Source: Mobula hypostoma (lineage: Eukaryota). From it: a stretch of 64,000 bases of DNA. Location of the stretch: NCBI RefSeq assembly GCF_963921235.1, contig NC_086109.1:12462001-12526000 (forward strand). The letters run 5' to 3'. Shown in pieces: positions 13,381 through 24,433 of the stretch. Under the pieces are notes generated by a model that was given only the letters and a program-made list of their open reading frames with translations, did not search any database and had not been told where the DNA came from. How positions within the stretch are numbered: the first letter of the stretch is position 1; each line of letters starts with the position of its first letter. The translations under genes and the position numbers were made by a program.

Positions 13381-15469
13381 CTGAGGGAGAAGTTCTTCAG
13401 AAAATGGACAGGTAAAATTAAATTTACACAGACTGCATGCAGTTTGGGAAGACAACAGCATCGTCCCTCAACACGAGCTCACAGCTCTTCACAACTCATG
13501 ATTTTTATTTGATTGGAGTCATCATTATCACTGCCCACTAATGTCTCAGTCTGTTTCCACATTTCTGAGTCAATAGATAACTGATCCAGTCCCATTCCAG
13601 GCAGGTGAGCCTGAGGTCAGTGGTGGGTAAATTGTGTAACAATAGACCACCTGAACTTGCAAAGGGAAGCTCTGATTTTGGATGGTCAACCTGATTTTGT
13701 GTGTGGGAAATAATCTCTCAAAAAAAAATTGTCTTGACTTTTTTGTGAAGAGATGATCAAAGGAACTGTTGAGAACAGGGCAATAGAGTTTAGCACATGA
13801 GTTTAGCAAGGCTTATGACAAGACCCTGCATAGTAGACTGATGTGTAATGTGAGATCACATGGTAAGCTAGTTGGATGGATACTGAAGAGGCTTGGTGAA
13901 AATAATCACTTTGTGGTTGTTGGTCTACTGACAACATCTGACTTTATCACCAGTGGGGTGCCATCAAGATCAGTGCTGTCGTTTGCCAACTAAAGTTTTT
14001 TGTCATCTGCATTAATAATTTGGAATGAAAATGTAGGTGACGTGATTAATAAGTTGCCAATGACAGAGTAGTGCGGTGGACAATGGAAAGATCTAAGCTT
14101 ACAATGGGACCTGGAAAATGAACCAGGGTTCAGCCCCATTACTCTGCACTAGCATGACTCCCCCACCTGAGCCCGTCCCGTCTGCCTGCATTTGACCTGT
14201 CTCCCTCTCTTCTCATTTCTACAATCAGGTGGAAGGTGCAGGAGTCTTGGGTCCCACACCGCTGGGTTTGCCAGCAATTGTTGCCCTTAAGCCACCGTGC
14301 TCCAGGATTGGCTTCACTCGCCGCAGCACTGAACTGACTCCACAGCTGTGGACTCACTTTCAGAGACTCTGCCTCTCATGTTCCATGTATTATTTGTTTA
14401 CATATTGTTATGATTTGCGCGACTCATCATCTTTTGTTTGTCTGTCAGTCTTTGCTCTGTGTGTCTTGTCATGAATTCTACTGTGTTAATTTGTTTTGTG
14501 TGTATCTGCAAGAAAATGAATCTCTCAGTTGTTTGTGATATAGGTACTTTGACAATAAATTTACTTTGAACTTTGAACTAGGAAAGTGGCCAATGAAATG
14601 GCTGATGGAATTGAACTCAGGCAGTGTGGAGTGATGCACTTTGGGAAATTAAACAAGGGCACAACTTACACTGTAGGGAACGAGGTGTGCAATGACAGTG
14701 GTCCCTGAAAGTGGCAACACAGGTGGACTAAGTGGTGAACAAGTCATACGATCTGCTTGCCTTCATTGGATGGGGCATTAAGTACAGCTGGGATGGCATG
14801 TTACAGCCATAAAGGACATTGATAAGATCTCATCTTGACTACTCTGTGCAGTTCCAGAGGAAGAGTGTGATTAAATTCAAGAGGGTGACAGAAAACATTC
14901 ACAAAGATGCTGCTGGGACTGGAGGGTTTGGGTTATGGATAGGCTGGGACTGATTTCCCTGAAGTGAGGGCAGCTGAGGGGTGACCTTATAGAGGTTCAC
15001 AAATTAAGAGGGGCAAAAGTATGGTAGCATTCCTTATCCTAGGGTAAGAGAGTCGAAAACTAGAGAGTCTAGACTGAAGGTCAGAGGGCCTGGAGGGGCA
15101 GTGTTTTCCACACAGAGCAGTGTGCACATGGAAAAGGCTGTCAGGGGAAGTGCTAGAGGTGGGTACAAATTTAAAATACAATTGGAAAAGTTCATGGACA
15201 GGAAAGCTTGAGAAGCATACCGACCAAATACAGGGAAATACAGGGAGAAGCTCAGGAAGAGACTATGGACTTGGGCTGAAGCTCCTGTTTCCAAAACCTG
15301 TAACTCTATATGACTTTGCTGCATCTTCTCTGAACTAGACCACACTTTTGAAAGGTTAAATTCAGAATTCTATTTCACTGCACAGGTGTGATAGCTTTTG
15401 GAATCACAGCCAATCAGCTTACACTTCAACTGAAATGTTTGAAGTTCAAAGTACATTTATTATCAAAGT

Positions 15470-15920
15470 GGTGGCATCCGTTAGTCTCGCAAGACCATGG
15501 ATCTGCGCCTGGAAAGTCTAGCTTCAGTCTGTGTTAGAGCAGCATCTGTTGTGGCTATAGAGGCCCACATGGGAGTGACAGTCTCCGCTGCAGCGACTGC
15601 ACTTGAAGGCGCTGTCCTCCAGTGTTGTCTTGGTGCTGTTTCTCCAACAAGTGCGCTTTTCTCAGCAGCAAGCCTCAGCTTCTCTTCTCCTCTTTTTAGA
15701 CCACTGCATAGTTCCAGCCTCCAGTGAGAGCGATCGCTTGCGATGTCCTCCCACCTCTTGACGTTCATTTTTAGTGACTTCATGTCTCTCTAGCAAACGT
15801 CTTTGAAACGAAGATGGGGCCGCCCTTGTCCTCTATTGCTGGAGGCCAGTTCCCCGCACAGCAGGTCTTTCGGGATCCTCTTGTCTGACATGCGGTGTAC
15901 GTGGCCCAGCCAGCGGAGAC
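15470..15920 (-). mobile_element. RTE-clade LINE 3' fragment
   Basis: RRLRWLGHV.RM...RIPKDLL.GEL...GRP.LRFKD followed by DCHSHVGLYSH; typical RTE ORF end. Confidence 0.8.
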
Positions 15921-17574
15921 GGCGTTGTTATTATCGAAGTATGTATACTATATACAACATTGAGATTGTCTCCTTACAGGAACCCACAAAACAAAGAAAC
16001 CAAATAGAACCCATTAAAAAAACACTGTCAAACATCCAATATGCAGAAATAAAAATCATGCGAACCATAAAAGTAAGCAAATTACGTTCGGAACTGAAAT
16101 TCGCAAAAATGGGTCACAGACACAAAGCCAGTCATCACTGCAGCCGATTCAGGAGCCCGTTAATTGCAAGCTGCAGCCTTAGTTCAGCACAGAGACGAGT
16201 AAACCCTGTGGAGCAGCAAGCTGAACACCGGCCCATTCCTTGCCTACAACAGGCATCCCTATAGTGTTTCCCATGGATTTTGAAGGTTTATTATTCTATT
16301 CTCAATCACGAAATGCAGCAGCCTTGATCATTTCAGTGCATAGACTCAAATAGAAGGTGTGGGCTCCCTTCTCATATCTCTGCCCCACTAAAGGAAACGT
16401 TCTCTCTAAATCCACTCTAATTAGGCCTTTCAATATTCGATTGGATTCAATGAGATTCCCCTCAAAGTCAAAGTCAAAGTAGAGATTTATTATCAGAGTG
16501 CGTACATCTCACCACACACAACCCTGAGATTCTTTTGCTGCGGGCATACCTAGCAAATTTACAGTACAGTAACTGTAACCAGAATCAATGGACAACAAAC
16601 GGTGCAAACTTTGACTTTGACCTTGTTATCCCCAAACCTGCCATCCAAGTGATTAACATACACCATAAAAAGTAGCAGTCCTAACACCAGCCCCTGCGGA
16701 ACTCTACAAGTCACTGACAGGCAAACAAAAAGGCACCATTTTGTTCACATTCTTTGCCTCCTGCCAGTCACCCAATCTTTTATCCATGCTAGAATCTTTC
16801 TAGTAATACCTGGCTTCTTATCTTGTTTAGCAGGCTCATATGTGGCACCTAGTCAAAGGCTTTCTGAAAATCCAAGTCAACAATATCCACTCTCTTTTAT
16901 CTGTCTTGCCTATTATTTCCTCAAAGAATTCCCACAGATTTTTCAGGCAAGATTTCCCCATAATGAAACCAAATGTCATCATGCACCTTCAAGTACCCTG
17001 AAATCCTATCCTTCATAATGAACTCCAGCACCTTCCCAACCACTGACATCAGGCTAACTGACGTCAATTCCCTCTCATTTGCCTCCCTCTCTTCTGAAAG
17101 AGTGGAGTAACATTTCCAATATTCCAGTCCCACAGAACCAACCCAGAATCAGATCACTACTAATGCCTCCACAATTTCTTCAGCTTCCTCTTTAAGAACC
17201 CTGGGGTGTAGACCATCTGAGTCAGGTGATTTATATACCTACCTCCACTCCTCTCAGCTTCCCAAGCACCTTCTCCTTAGCAAGAGCAACTACACTCACT
17301 CCTTGACATTGCCCCTTGACATTGCTGAATTTCTGTCATACTGCTTGTGTCTTCCTCAGTGACCAATAATATAAAATGCTTATTAAGTGATTCCTCCATT
17401 TCTTTGTACCTCATTTCTATGTCTCCAGCTTCATTATCCAGTGATCTAATATCCACTCTTGCTTCTCTCTTACACTTTATATATCTGAAAATCTTCTAGT
17501 CTCCTCTTTTATATTATTGGCTATTTTCCCTTTATATTTAATCTTTTCTCTCCTTTTGGCTTTTCTTGTTACAT

Positions 17575-18000
17575 TCTTCAACAAACTCACTCGTAAGGCC
17601 AGTGATGTTGTGGGGATGGAACTGGACTCTCTGACGGTGGTGTCTGAAAAGAGGATGCTGTCTAAGTTGCATGCCATCTTGGACAATGTCTCCCATCCAC
17701 TACATAATGTACTGGGTGGGCACAGGAGTACATTCAGCCAGAGACTCATTCCACCGAGATGCAACACAGAGCATCATAGGAAGTCATTCCTGCCTGTGGC
17801 CATCAAACTTTACAACTCCTCCCTTGGAGGGTCAGACACCCCGAGCCAATAGGCTGGTTCTGGACTTATTTCATAATTTACTGGCATAATTTACATATTA
17901 CTATTTAACTATTCATGGTTTTATTACTATTTATTATTTATGGTGCAACTGTAATGAAAACCAATTTCCCCCGGGATCAATAAAGTATGACTATGACTAT
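17575..18000 (+). mobile_element. Rex1/Babar-like LINE 3' end
   Basis: KLHAILDNVSHPLH...RCNTEHHRKSFLPVAIKLYN, then a 3' UTR and a (TATGAC)n tail. Confidence 0.75.
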
Positions 18001-18388
18001 GTTGGTTTTTTAAAGTTCCCCAATTCTCTAACTTCCCACAAATTCTTGCTATATTATATGTCCTTCCTTTTCCTTTTATGACAGTGCCACTGTCTCATGA
18101 TTCAACACTCATTCTAGTATCTTCAGTGCAAAAACCAGAAGTATGAATGGAATGCCACCAATTTGTCTGGAGCTGCAAGTCCAGCTATGTTTAAGATGTT
18201 CCACATTTTCCAGGAGAAGTCACAGACTTAACTGTTGACTACACTTTGATCTACCCCATGGAGGCTGCAATGTGTAGCTTCTACGAATGCAAAGAATTTC
18301 CTTACCCTCAGTAGAAGTATAAGAACAGCAGTAACAGAGTAACAAAAAGAAATCTTTAAATGTATCCTTCCTTGAAAGGAGAACTTAC

Positions 18389-18709
18389 TGGTGCCATTAA
18401 TTCTTGTCACATATCCGCAGATCTCTCTGCTGTTGAAGATTGTCACATTTAGCATTCCGCTGGATTTTATTCCAAGCCTATTTGAGGCTTTGCAGTAATA
18501 TTGATGGGCTTGGAGGTCTAAGGATTGACAAGGTAGAACCAGTTCATTGGTGTCTGAGATCATTTGATCCCCAGATGAGGTTTGTTCATACCATGAGTAC
18601 TGAATGGGAAGGGATCCCTGGAGAGATTCACAGGACACTAACACGGAGCCACCGAGATGGGAGACATTTGCTGGTGACAGATTTCGAAGCACAGGGACAG
18701 ACACAGTTT
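18389..18709 (-). CDS. Receptor gene B/C, C2-type Ig domain exon
   Basis: 321 nt, phase 1-1, acceptor ccttcccacag| and donor |gtaagt. VSCESLQGSLPIQYSWY...YYCKASN; paralog of 11397-11708. Confidence 0.9.
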
Positions 18710-18769
18710 CTGTGGGAAGGAATTGAACAATCAGACACTGAATGAACATCTGAAAATCAAACTCTCTTC

Positions 18770-19319
18770 TGCCACTGTATTAGGTACACCTGTTCACCTG
18801 CTTGTTAATGCAAATATCTAATTAGTCTATCATCTGGCAGCAACACAGTACATAAAAACATGTAGACATACTCAAAAGATTCAGCTGTTGTTTAGACCAA
18901 ACATCAGAATGGGGAAGAAATGTGATCTTAGTGACTTTGACCATAGAATGATAGCTGGTGCCAGACAGGGAGGTTTGAGTATCTCAGGAACTGTTGAATT
19001 CCAGGAATATTCATACATAGTCTGCAGACTTTACAGAGAATGGTGCAAAAAGCAAAAAGTATCCAGTGAGCAGCAATTCTGTGAGCAAAAATGACTGGTC
19101 AATGGGAGAGGTCAGAGGAGAATGGCCAGGTAGTTTCAGGCTGACAGAAAGATGACAGAAATTCAAATAAACATGTGCTATGACAGTTATGCAGAGGAGC
19201 ATCTGGGCACACAACCCACAGTTAAGCTTAAAGGTAATGGGCCACAGCAGCAGAAGACCATGAACATATTCCTTGGCCAATTTATTAGTTATAGGAGGTA
19301 CCTAATAAAGTGGCCACTG
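18770..19319 (+). mobile_element. Internally deleted Tc1-like element (transposase N-terminus only)
   Basis: MGKKCDLSDFDHRMIAGARQGGLSIS...; terminal repeat GTACCTAATAAAGTGGCCACTG ends at 19319. Related partial copies lie near 20620-21072, 32790-33230, 40345-40425 and 56660-57575. Confidence 0.8.
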
Positions 19320-19409
19320 AGTATTTAAAGACAGCAGCTTGTGAGATATCTGTCACATGTTTGATGGCTATCAGGAAAAAACTACCCGCTGTATAAAGGG
19401 AAACATTTC

Positions 19410-20340
19410 AGAATCAGAATCAGGTTTATTATCACTGGCATGTGTTGTGAAATTTGTTAACTTAGCAGAAGCATCTAGATGCAATACATAATATAGAAGA
19501 AGAAGGAAAAAAATAATAAAATAATAATAAGTAAGTAAATCAATTACAGTACACATATTGAATAGGTTAAAAATTGTGCATCAAACAGAAATAATATATA
19601 TTAAAAAAGTGTTGTAGTGTTTATGGGTTCCATGTCTATTTAGGAATCAGGTGGCAGAGGGGAAGAAGCTGTACCTGAATCGCTGATGTGTGCCTTCAGG
19701 CTTCTGTACTTCCTACCTGATGGTAACAGTGAGAAAAGGGCATGCCCTGGATGCTGGAGGTCCTTAATATTGGATGCTGCCTTTCTGAGACACCACTGCT
19801 TGAAGATGTCCTGGGTATTTGTAAGCTAGTATCCAAGATGGAGACAACTAAATTTACAGCCCTCTGCAGTTTCTTTCGGTCCTGTGCCATAGCCCGCCCC
19901 CCGCCCCCCCGATACCAGACAGTGATGCAACCTGTCAGAATGCTCTCCACTGTACATCTATAGAAGTTTTTGAGTGTATATGTTGACGTACCAAATCTCT
20001 TCAAACTCCTAATGAAGTATAGTCGCTGTCTTGCCTTCTTTATAATTGCATCAATATGTTGGGACCAGGTTAGGTATCTGAGATCTTCACACCCAGGATC
20101 CTGAAATTGCTCACTCTCTCCACTTCTGATCCCTCTTTGAGGATTGGTATGTGTTCTTGAAGTCCACAATCCCTTCCTGAATTCCGCAATCAGCTCTTTC
20201 GTCTTACTGACGTCATATGCAAGTTCGTTGGTGCGAAACCACTCCACTCGTTGGCAAATCTCACTCCCATATGCCTTCTCATCTCCATCTGAGATTCTAC
20301 CAACAATGGCTGTATCATCAGCAAAATTATAGATGGTATT
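19410..20340 (-). mobile_element. Rex1/Babar-like LINE, RT C-terminal fragment with 3' UTR
   Basis: FADDTAIVGRISDGDE...SKTKELI...ARQRLYFIRSLKRFG...FYRCTVESILTGCITVWY; ends in a GATTCT-type tail near 19410. Confidence 0.85.
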
Positions 20341-20618
20341 TGACAATGATATTAATACAGAGATAGTGAGGAATGGACAGTGTCTGGACAAAGATCTTTT
20401 AAACTGTGCTGAGGCAGAGTGGGAGGAGAAGGAGAAGGAGATTGTTGTTCTTCAGACATGTCAGGAGTTGGACATTTCTCCATTCAACAGGCTTCACCCT
20501 GGGATTAGCACATCATTGCTCTCCAAGAGTTTTCATGTTCTGACCTTTCCCAGAGGAAACATGGATTTATTTCATTGAAGGCACAAAGTTACTCACTGAG
20601 AAACCTACCATCAGATAC
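20340..20618 (-). pseudogene. Remnant of a deleted V exon (last about 11 nt plus donor) and its downstream intron
   Basis: GAGAAACCTACCATCAGATAC near 20598-20618 and the adjacent about 260 bp are paralogous to 21185-21460, but the V coding body is replaced by Tc1-element sequence. Confidence 0.65.
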
Positions 20619-21449
20619 AGTGCCTATGGTCAAGAGATTCAGTTGTTGTTCAGGACAAATATCAGATGGGGAGGAAATGAGATTTTAGTGACTTTGACCA
20701 TGCAATGATAGTTGGAGTCAGTCGGGGCGGTTTGAATACCTCAGAACCTGTTGATGTCCTGGGACTTGCATGTTTAACAGTCTTCAGAATGGTGTGAAAA
20801 ACAAGAAATATCTAGTGAGCAGCAATTCCGTGAACAATAATGCCTTGATAATGAGAGAGGTCAGAGGAGAATGGCCAGACTGGTTCATGCTGACAGAAAG
20901 ATGACAGAAATTCAAATAACCTCATTTTATGACAGTGGTGTGCAGAAGAGCATCTGAACACACAAGACATCAAAGCTTGAAGTGAATGAATCACAGCAGC
21001 AGAAGACCATGAACAGACGCTCAGTGGCCACTTTATTTGGTATAAGAGTTACCAAATGAGGTGCCCACTGAGTGTTTAAAGGCAGCAACTTGTGAGATAC
21101 CCATCACATGTTTAGTGGCTTTCAGGCGGAAATGAAATTGCGACTGGGTTCAGTGACCTGCCATAGAGAGGGAAACATGTGGCACTGATATTAATGCAGA
21201 AATAGTGAGAGATGGACAGAGTCAGGACAAAGGTCCTGTAATCTGTGCAGAGGCTGAGCAGGAGGAGGAGGAGATTGCTGTTCTTCAAACACATCCACAA
21301 GATGGGCATTTCTCCACTGTACAAGCTTAACCCTGGGATCAGCACATCGTCACTCCCCAGGACATCTAATACACTGACCCTTCCCAGGGGAAACATGGAT
21401 AAGACATTTATTTTACTGAAGGCACAAAGTCAATCACTGAGAAACCTAC

Positions 21450-21770
21450 CATCAGATACTTGTAAATGTACATTAAATATCGGATCATGACCTGGTGTTG
21501 AAATCCCACAGCTGTACCATCCTGTATCTCCAGAGTGAAGATCCTCCACAGTAACAGTAAATATTTCCCATTCTGGGTTATCTGTGATTGATGCTCGTCC
21601 ACTCCGTCTGTGTTGCCCATTTGTTTCCATTAAAACTGAACATTGATGAGTCCATCCATGACACCAATACTTTGTGCGTGAGTGGTACTTTGCTTCATAG
21701 TGACAATGGATTGTAATCGCTCTTCCCACAACTCCTCTTACATATTTCTCTGCCCACAATGCACCTGAAA
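21450..21770 (-). CDS. Receptor gene B/C, N-terminal V-type Ig domain exon, CD300/pIgR-like
   Basis: 321 nt, phase 1-1. VSGALWAEKYVRGVVGRAITIHCHY...KYWCHGWTHQC...DTGWYSC; open frame with canonical splice sites. Confidence 0.92.
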
Positions 21771-23132
21771 CTGAGAGAGGCATTTTCAGATTTGAGGGGA
21801 AAGGAACAACTTAATGCAAACAAATAACTTTGAACATGATGGTAAAGCAGGTCCAGGTCATATCCGGCCTGTGGTCCATGACAGCACAGCCAGTGACTTT
21901 GGTTTGAAGTGCAGTCAGTGCTTTTACTGTGTCAGCACATTAAATTCCCACTGTAGAATCCTGAACAGAAACCCAGGGCTGAATTTCTAGTGCAGTATTG
22001 AAGGAGAGCCACAATGTAGTCTATCAATTACCTCAGACCATGTCACCCTTTCAAAGTACACTAAGTTCCCAGAGAACTCATTTGGGATGCTCCTGAGTGT
22101 GCGTCTCGGAATGCAGGGAACTCAGAAGTTGGAATGGGGATTGGTAGGACCATTTGAGATCATGTTTCAATTCTCTCCATGTCCTGACATCCTCCACTAA
22201 CAGACACGTTTATAAACTTCAGAAAGAAACCCATCATGATGTCTGAAACTGTGTCTTCTGGTTCTGATGGAAATTTTATCTTTTGTGTTTGTCAAGTGTT
22301 TCTATGTGCAGTTAGAAGGTGTGCAACAGTGGTCGTTACCACTTCCGTGTCTAGAAATCCAAGTGTGATTTCTATTTCTAAAAGGATACATTGGAAGTTT
22401 AAAGATAATTTGTTAGTTGTTTTGGAATTAAAAACCACATCAGTAATGATAAACATCAGCTACCAGAGTGTCAAAATCCCATCTGGATCAGAAAGGCCTT
22501 TAGAGGCAGAAATCTCTCATCCCTACACACCTTGGTTTACCTTTGACTCCAGATCTAGTAATGTTCATTACTAATTGCTCCACTGAAATGGCCCAGGAAA
22601 GATTGATTGAAAGGTAGTAACATCGATTGTCATAGTGATCCCTGCAGAGTGAGATCAGATTCCGTCAATGGTAGACGTGATGTTCTCGCTTAAAAGCCCC
22701 CAGAAAATTTCTCCACCTGGACGTATTCTCTCCCCACCTGGCTCCACGCGATTCCCCTTTTCTCCTTACCTGCTTTCCCACTCACTCATCAGCAAACTCC
22801 ACTCCTTTCCCTCCCCATTCCATTTGTCTGTCGTGCTTCACCCTTCCTCAGTCCCCGACAACCGAGTGGACCCAGTCTCACACCTCCCCCTCTCCTATAT
22901 ACACTATCTCCCTCTCCACTCACACTTGATGAGGGGTCTCGAACCAAACCGTTGACATTTTCCCCTCCCCTGACAGATGCTGCTTGAGCTGCTGAGCTCC
23001 TCCAGCAGCTCCTCTGAACTCCAGATTTCTGACATCTTTAGTGCCTACAGATATTCAAGTACTCTTCTGGAAACAATGTACAGCCCCAAGGAAACATTGA
23101 TTAAAGAATGTCCAGTGCTGGTTGTCACTCAC

Positions 23133-23172
23133 CAGGTAGAAAACCAATCAGAAGAATCAAAGTCCACATCAT
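23133..23172 (-). CDS. Receptor gene B/C, leader (signal peptide) exon MMWTLILLIGFLP
   Basis: ATGATG...CCTG|gtgagt, phase 1. Joined to the V exon it gives MMWTLILLIGFLPVSGALWA, a complete signal peptide. Confidence 0.85.
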
Positions 23173-23214
23173 TTTATTCACAGAGACCCGGCCTGGATCT
23201 GTCTGTCCTTCTGA

Positions 23215-23620
23215 GAAAAAACTCTGAAATAAAAATGAGGAAGAAGTCAGCAGGAAGTTTGATCAAAAAACCACAGTGACCCGACTAGTGTGTGGTACAT
23301 GACAATCTGAAAAGCTTTTTGTTGTACTTAGCAATACAGAAACATTTGGGCAATTCCCAAAGACCAAATGAAATGGTGAGAAGTGTTAAAATATTGGACA
23401 GAAGCAACAGTAAATGTTCTAATCTGAAGCAAAAATAAACGGCTGGAGGTGTCGCGAAGCAGGGGGTTTCTCTGAAATGTTGACCACTCTGCCTCCGTAG
23501 ATCCCACATGACTCCCGAAGTTCCTCTAGAAGTTTTATTTTTTGCTTGATTTAAGATGTTAGCAGAGGCGAGTCATGGCGGAAAGTATTCATGATGAAAA
23601 GTTAATGGTGGAAAGGGAAA
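23215..23620 (-). promoter_or_regulatory. Putative proximal promoter with ETS/PU.1-type and RUNX-type motifs
   Basis: Directly upstream of the leader exon: GAGGAA near 23237, CAGGAAGT at 23251-23258, AACCACA at 23269-23275. The block is conserved at 32375-32760. Confidence 0.5.
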
Positions 23621-24433
23621 GAGCCCATTTTGGGTGTTGTGAGTGTGAGAGTAAAGTTACGTCACCCCGAGTCCCGCCCAGAGGATCGTTTGATGGCCTG
23701 TACTCACTGGAGATTAGAAGGATGAGAGATGATCTCATTGAAAGGCCTATATAAAGAGAATGTGGAGAGAATGTTTTCTATAGTAGGGGAGTCTAAGACC
23801 CGAGTGAACAGCCTTGAGAGTACAAGGATGTTCCTTTAGAATAGAGATGAGGAAGAATTTTTTGAGTTATAGACTGGTAAATCTGTGGAATTCACTGCCA
23901 CAGACAGCTGTGGAGGCCAAGTCATTGGATATATTTAAAGTGTAATTAGCTGCAGCAGTCCTAAATGGGAATATTTGATTATTCCCATTGGAGCTGTACA
24001 CAGAGTAGCCATTTATCGGCACCATCTTGAACTTTAACTAAAAATGTAATTGTTCAACCCTGACTTCATTGTAAACATGATAAAATCTGTATTCGCTGGA
24101 AGTCAACACACAGAAAATGCTGGAGAAAATCGTCATCTATGGAAATGACAGAAAGTCGACATTTCGGGCCAAGACCCTTCTTCGGGGCTGAGAAGGAAGG
24201 AGGAATGTTTTGGAAAAAAAAGCTGGGAGGAAGGGAAGAAGGCTAGCTGGAAGGTGACTGGTGAAACCAGGTGGGTGGGAAAGGTCCAGGGGTGGAGAAG
24301 AAGGAATCTGATAAGAGAGGAGAGTGCACCACAGGAGAAAAGGAAGGAGGAGGGGACCCAGGGGAAGTAACAGGCAGTTGAGAAGAAGTAAAATAAGGGT
24401 CATGCCCTGATACCTCGACAATATATTCATACT

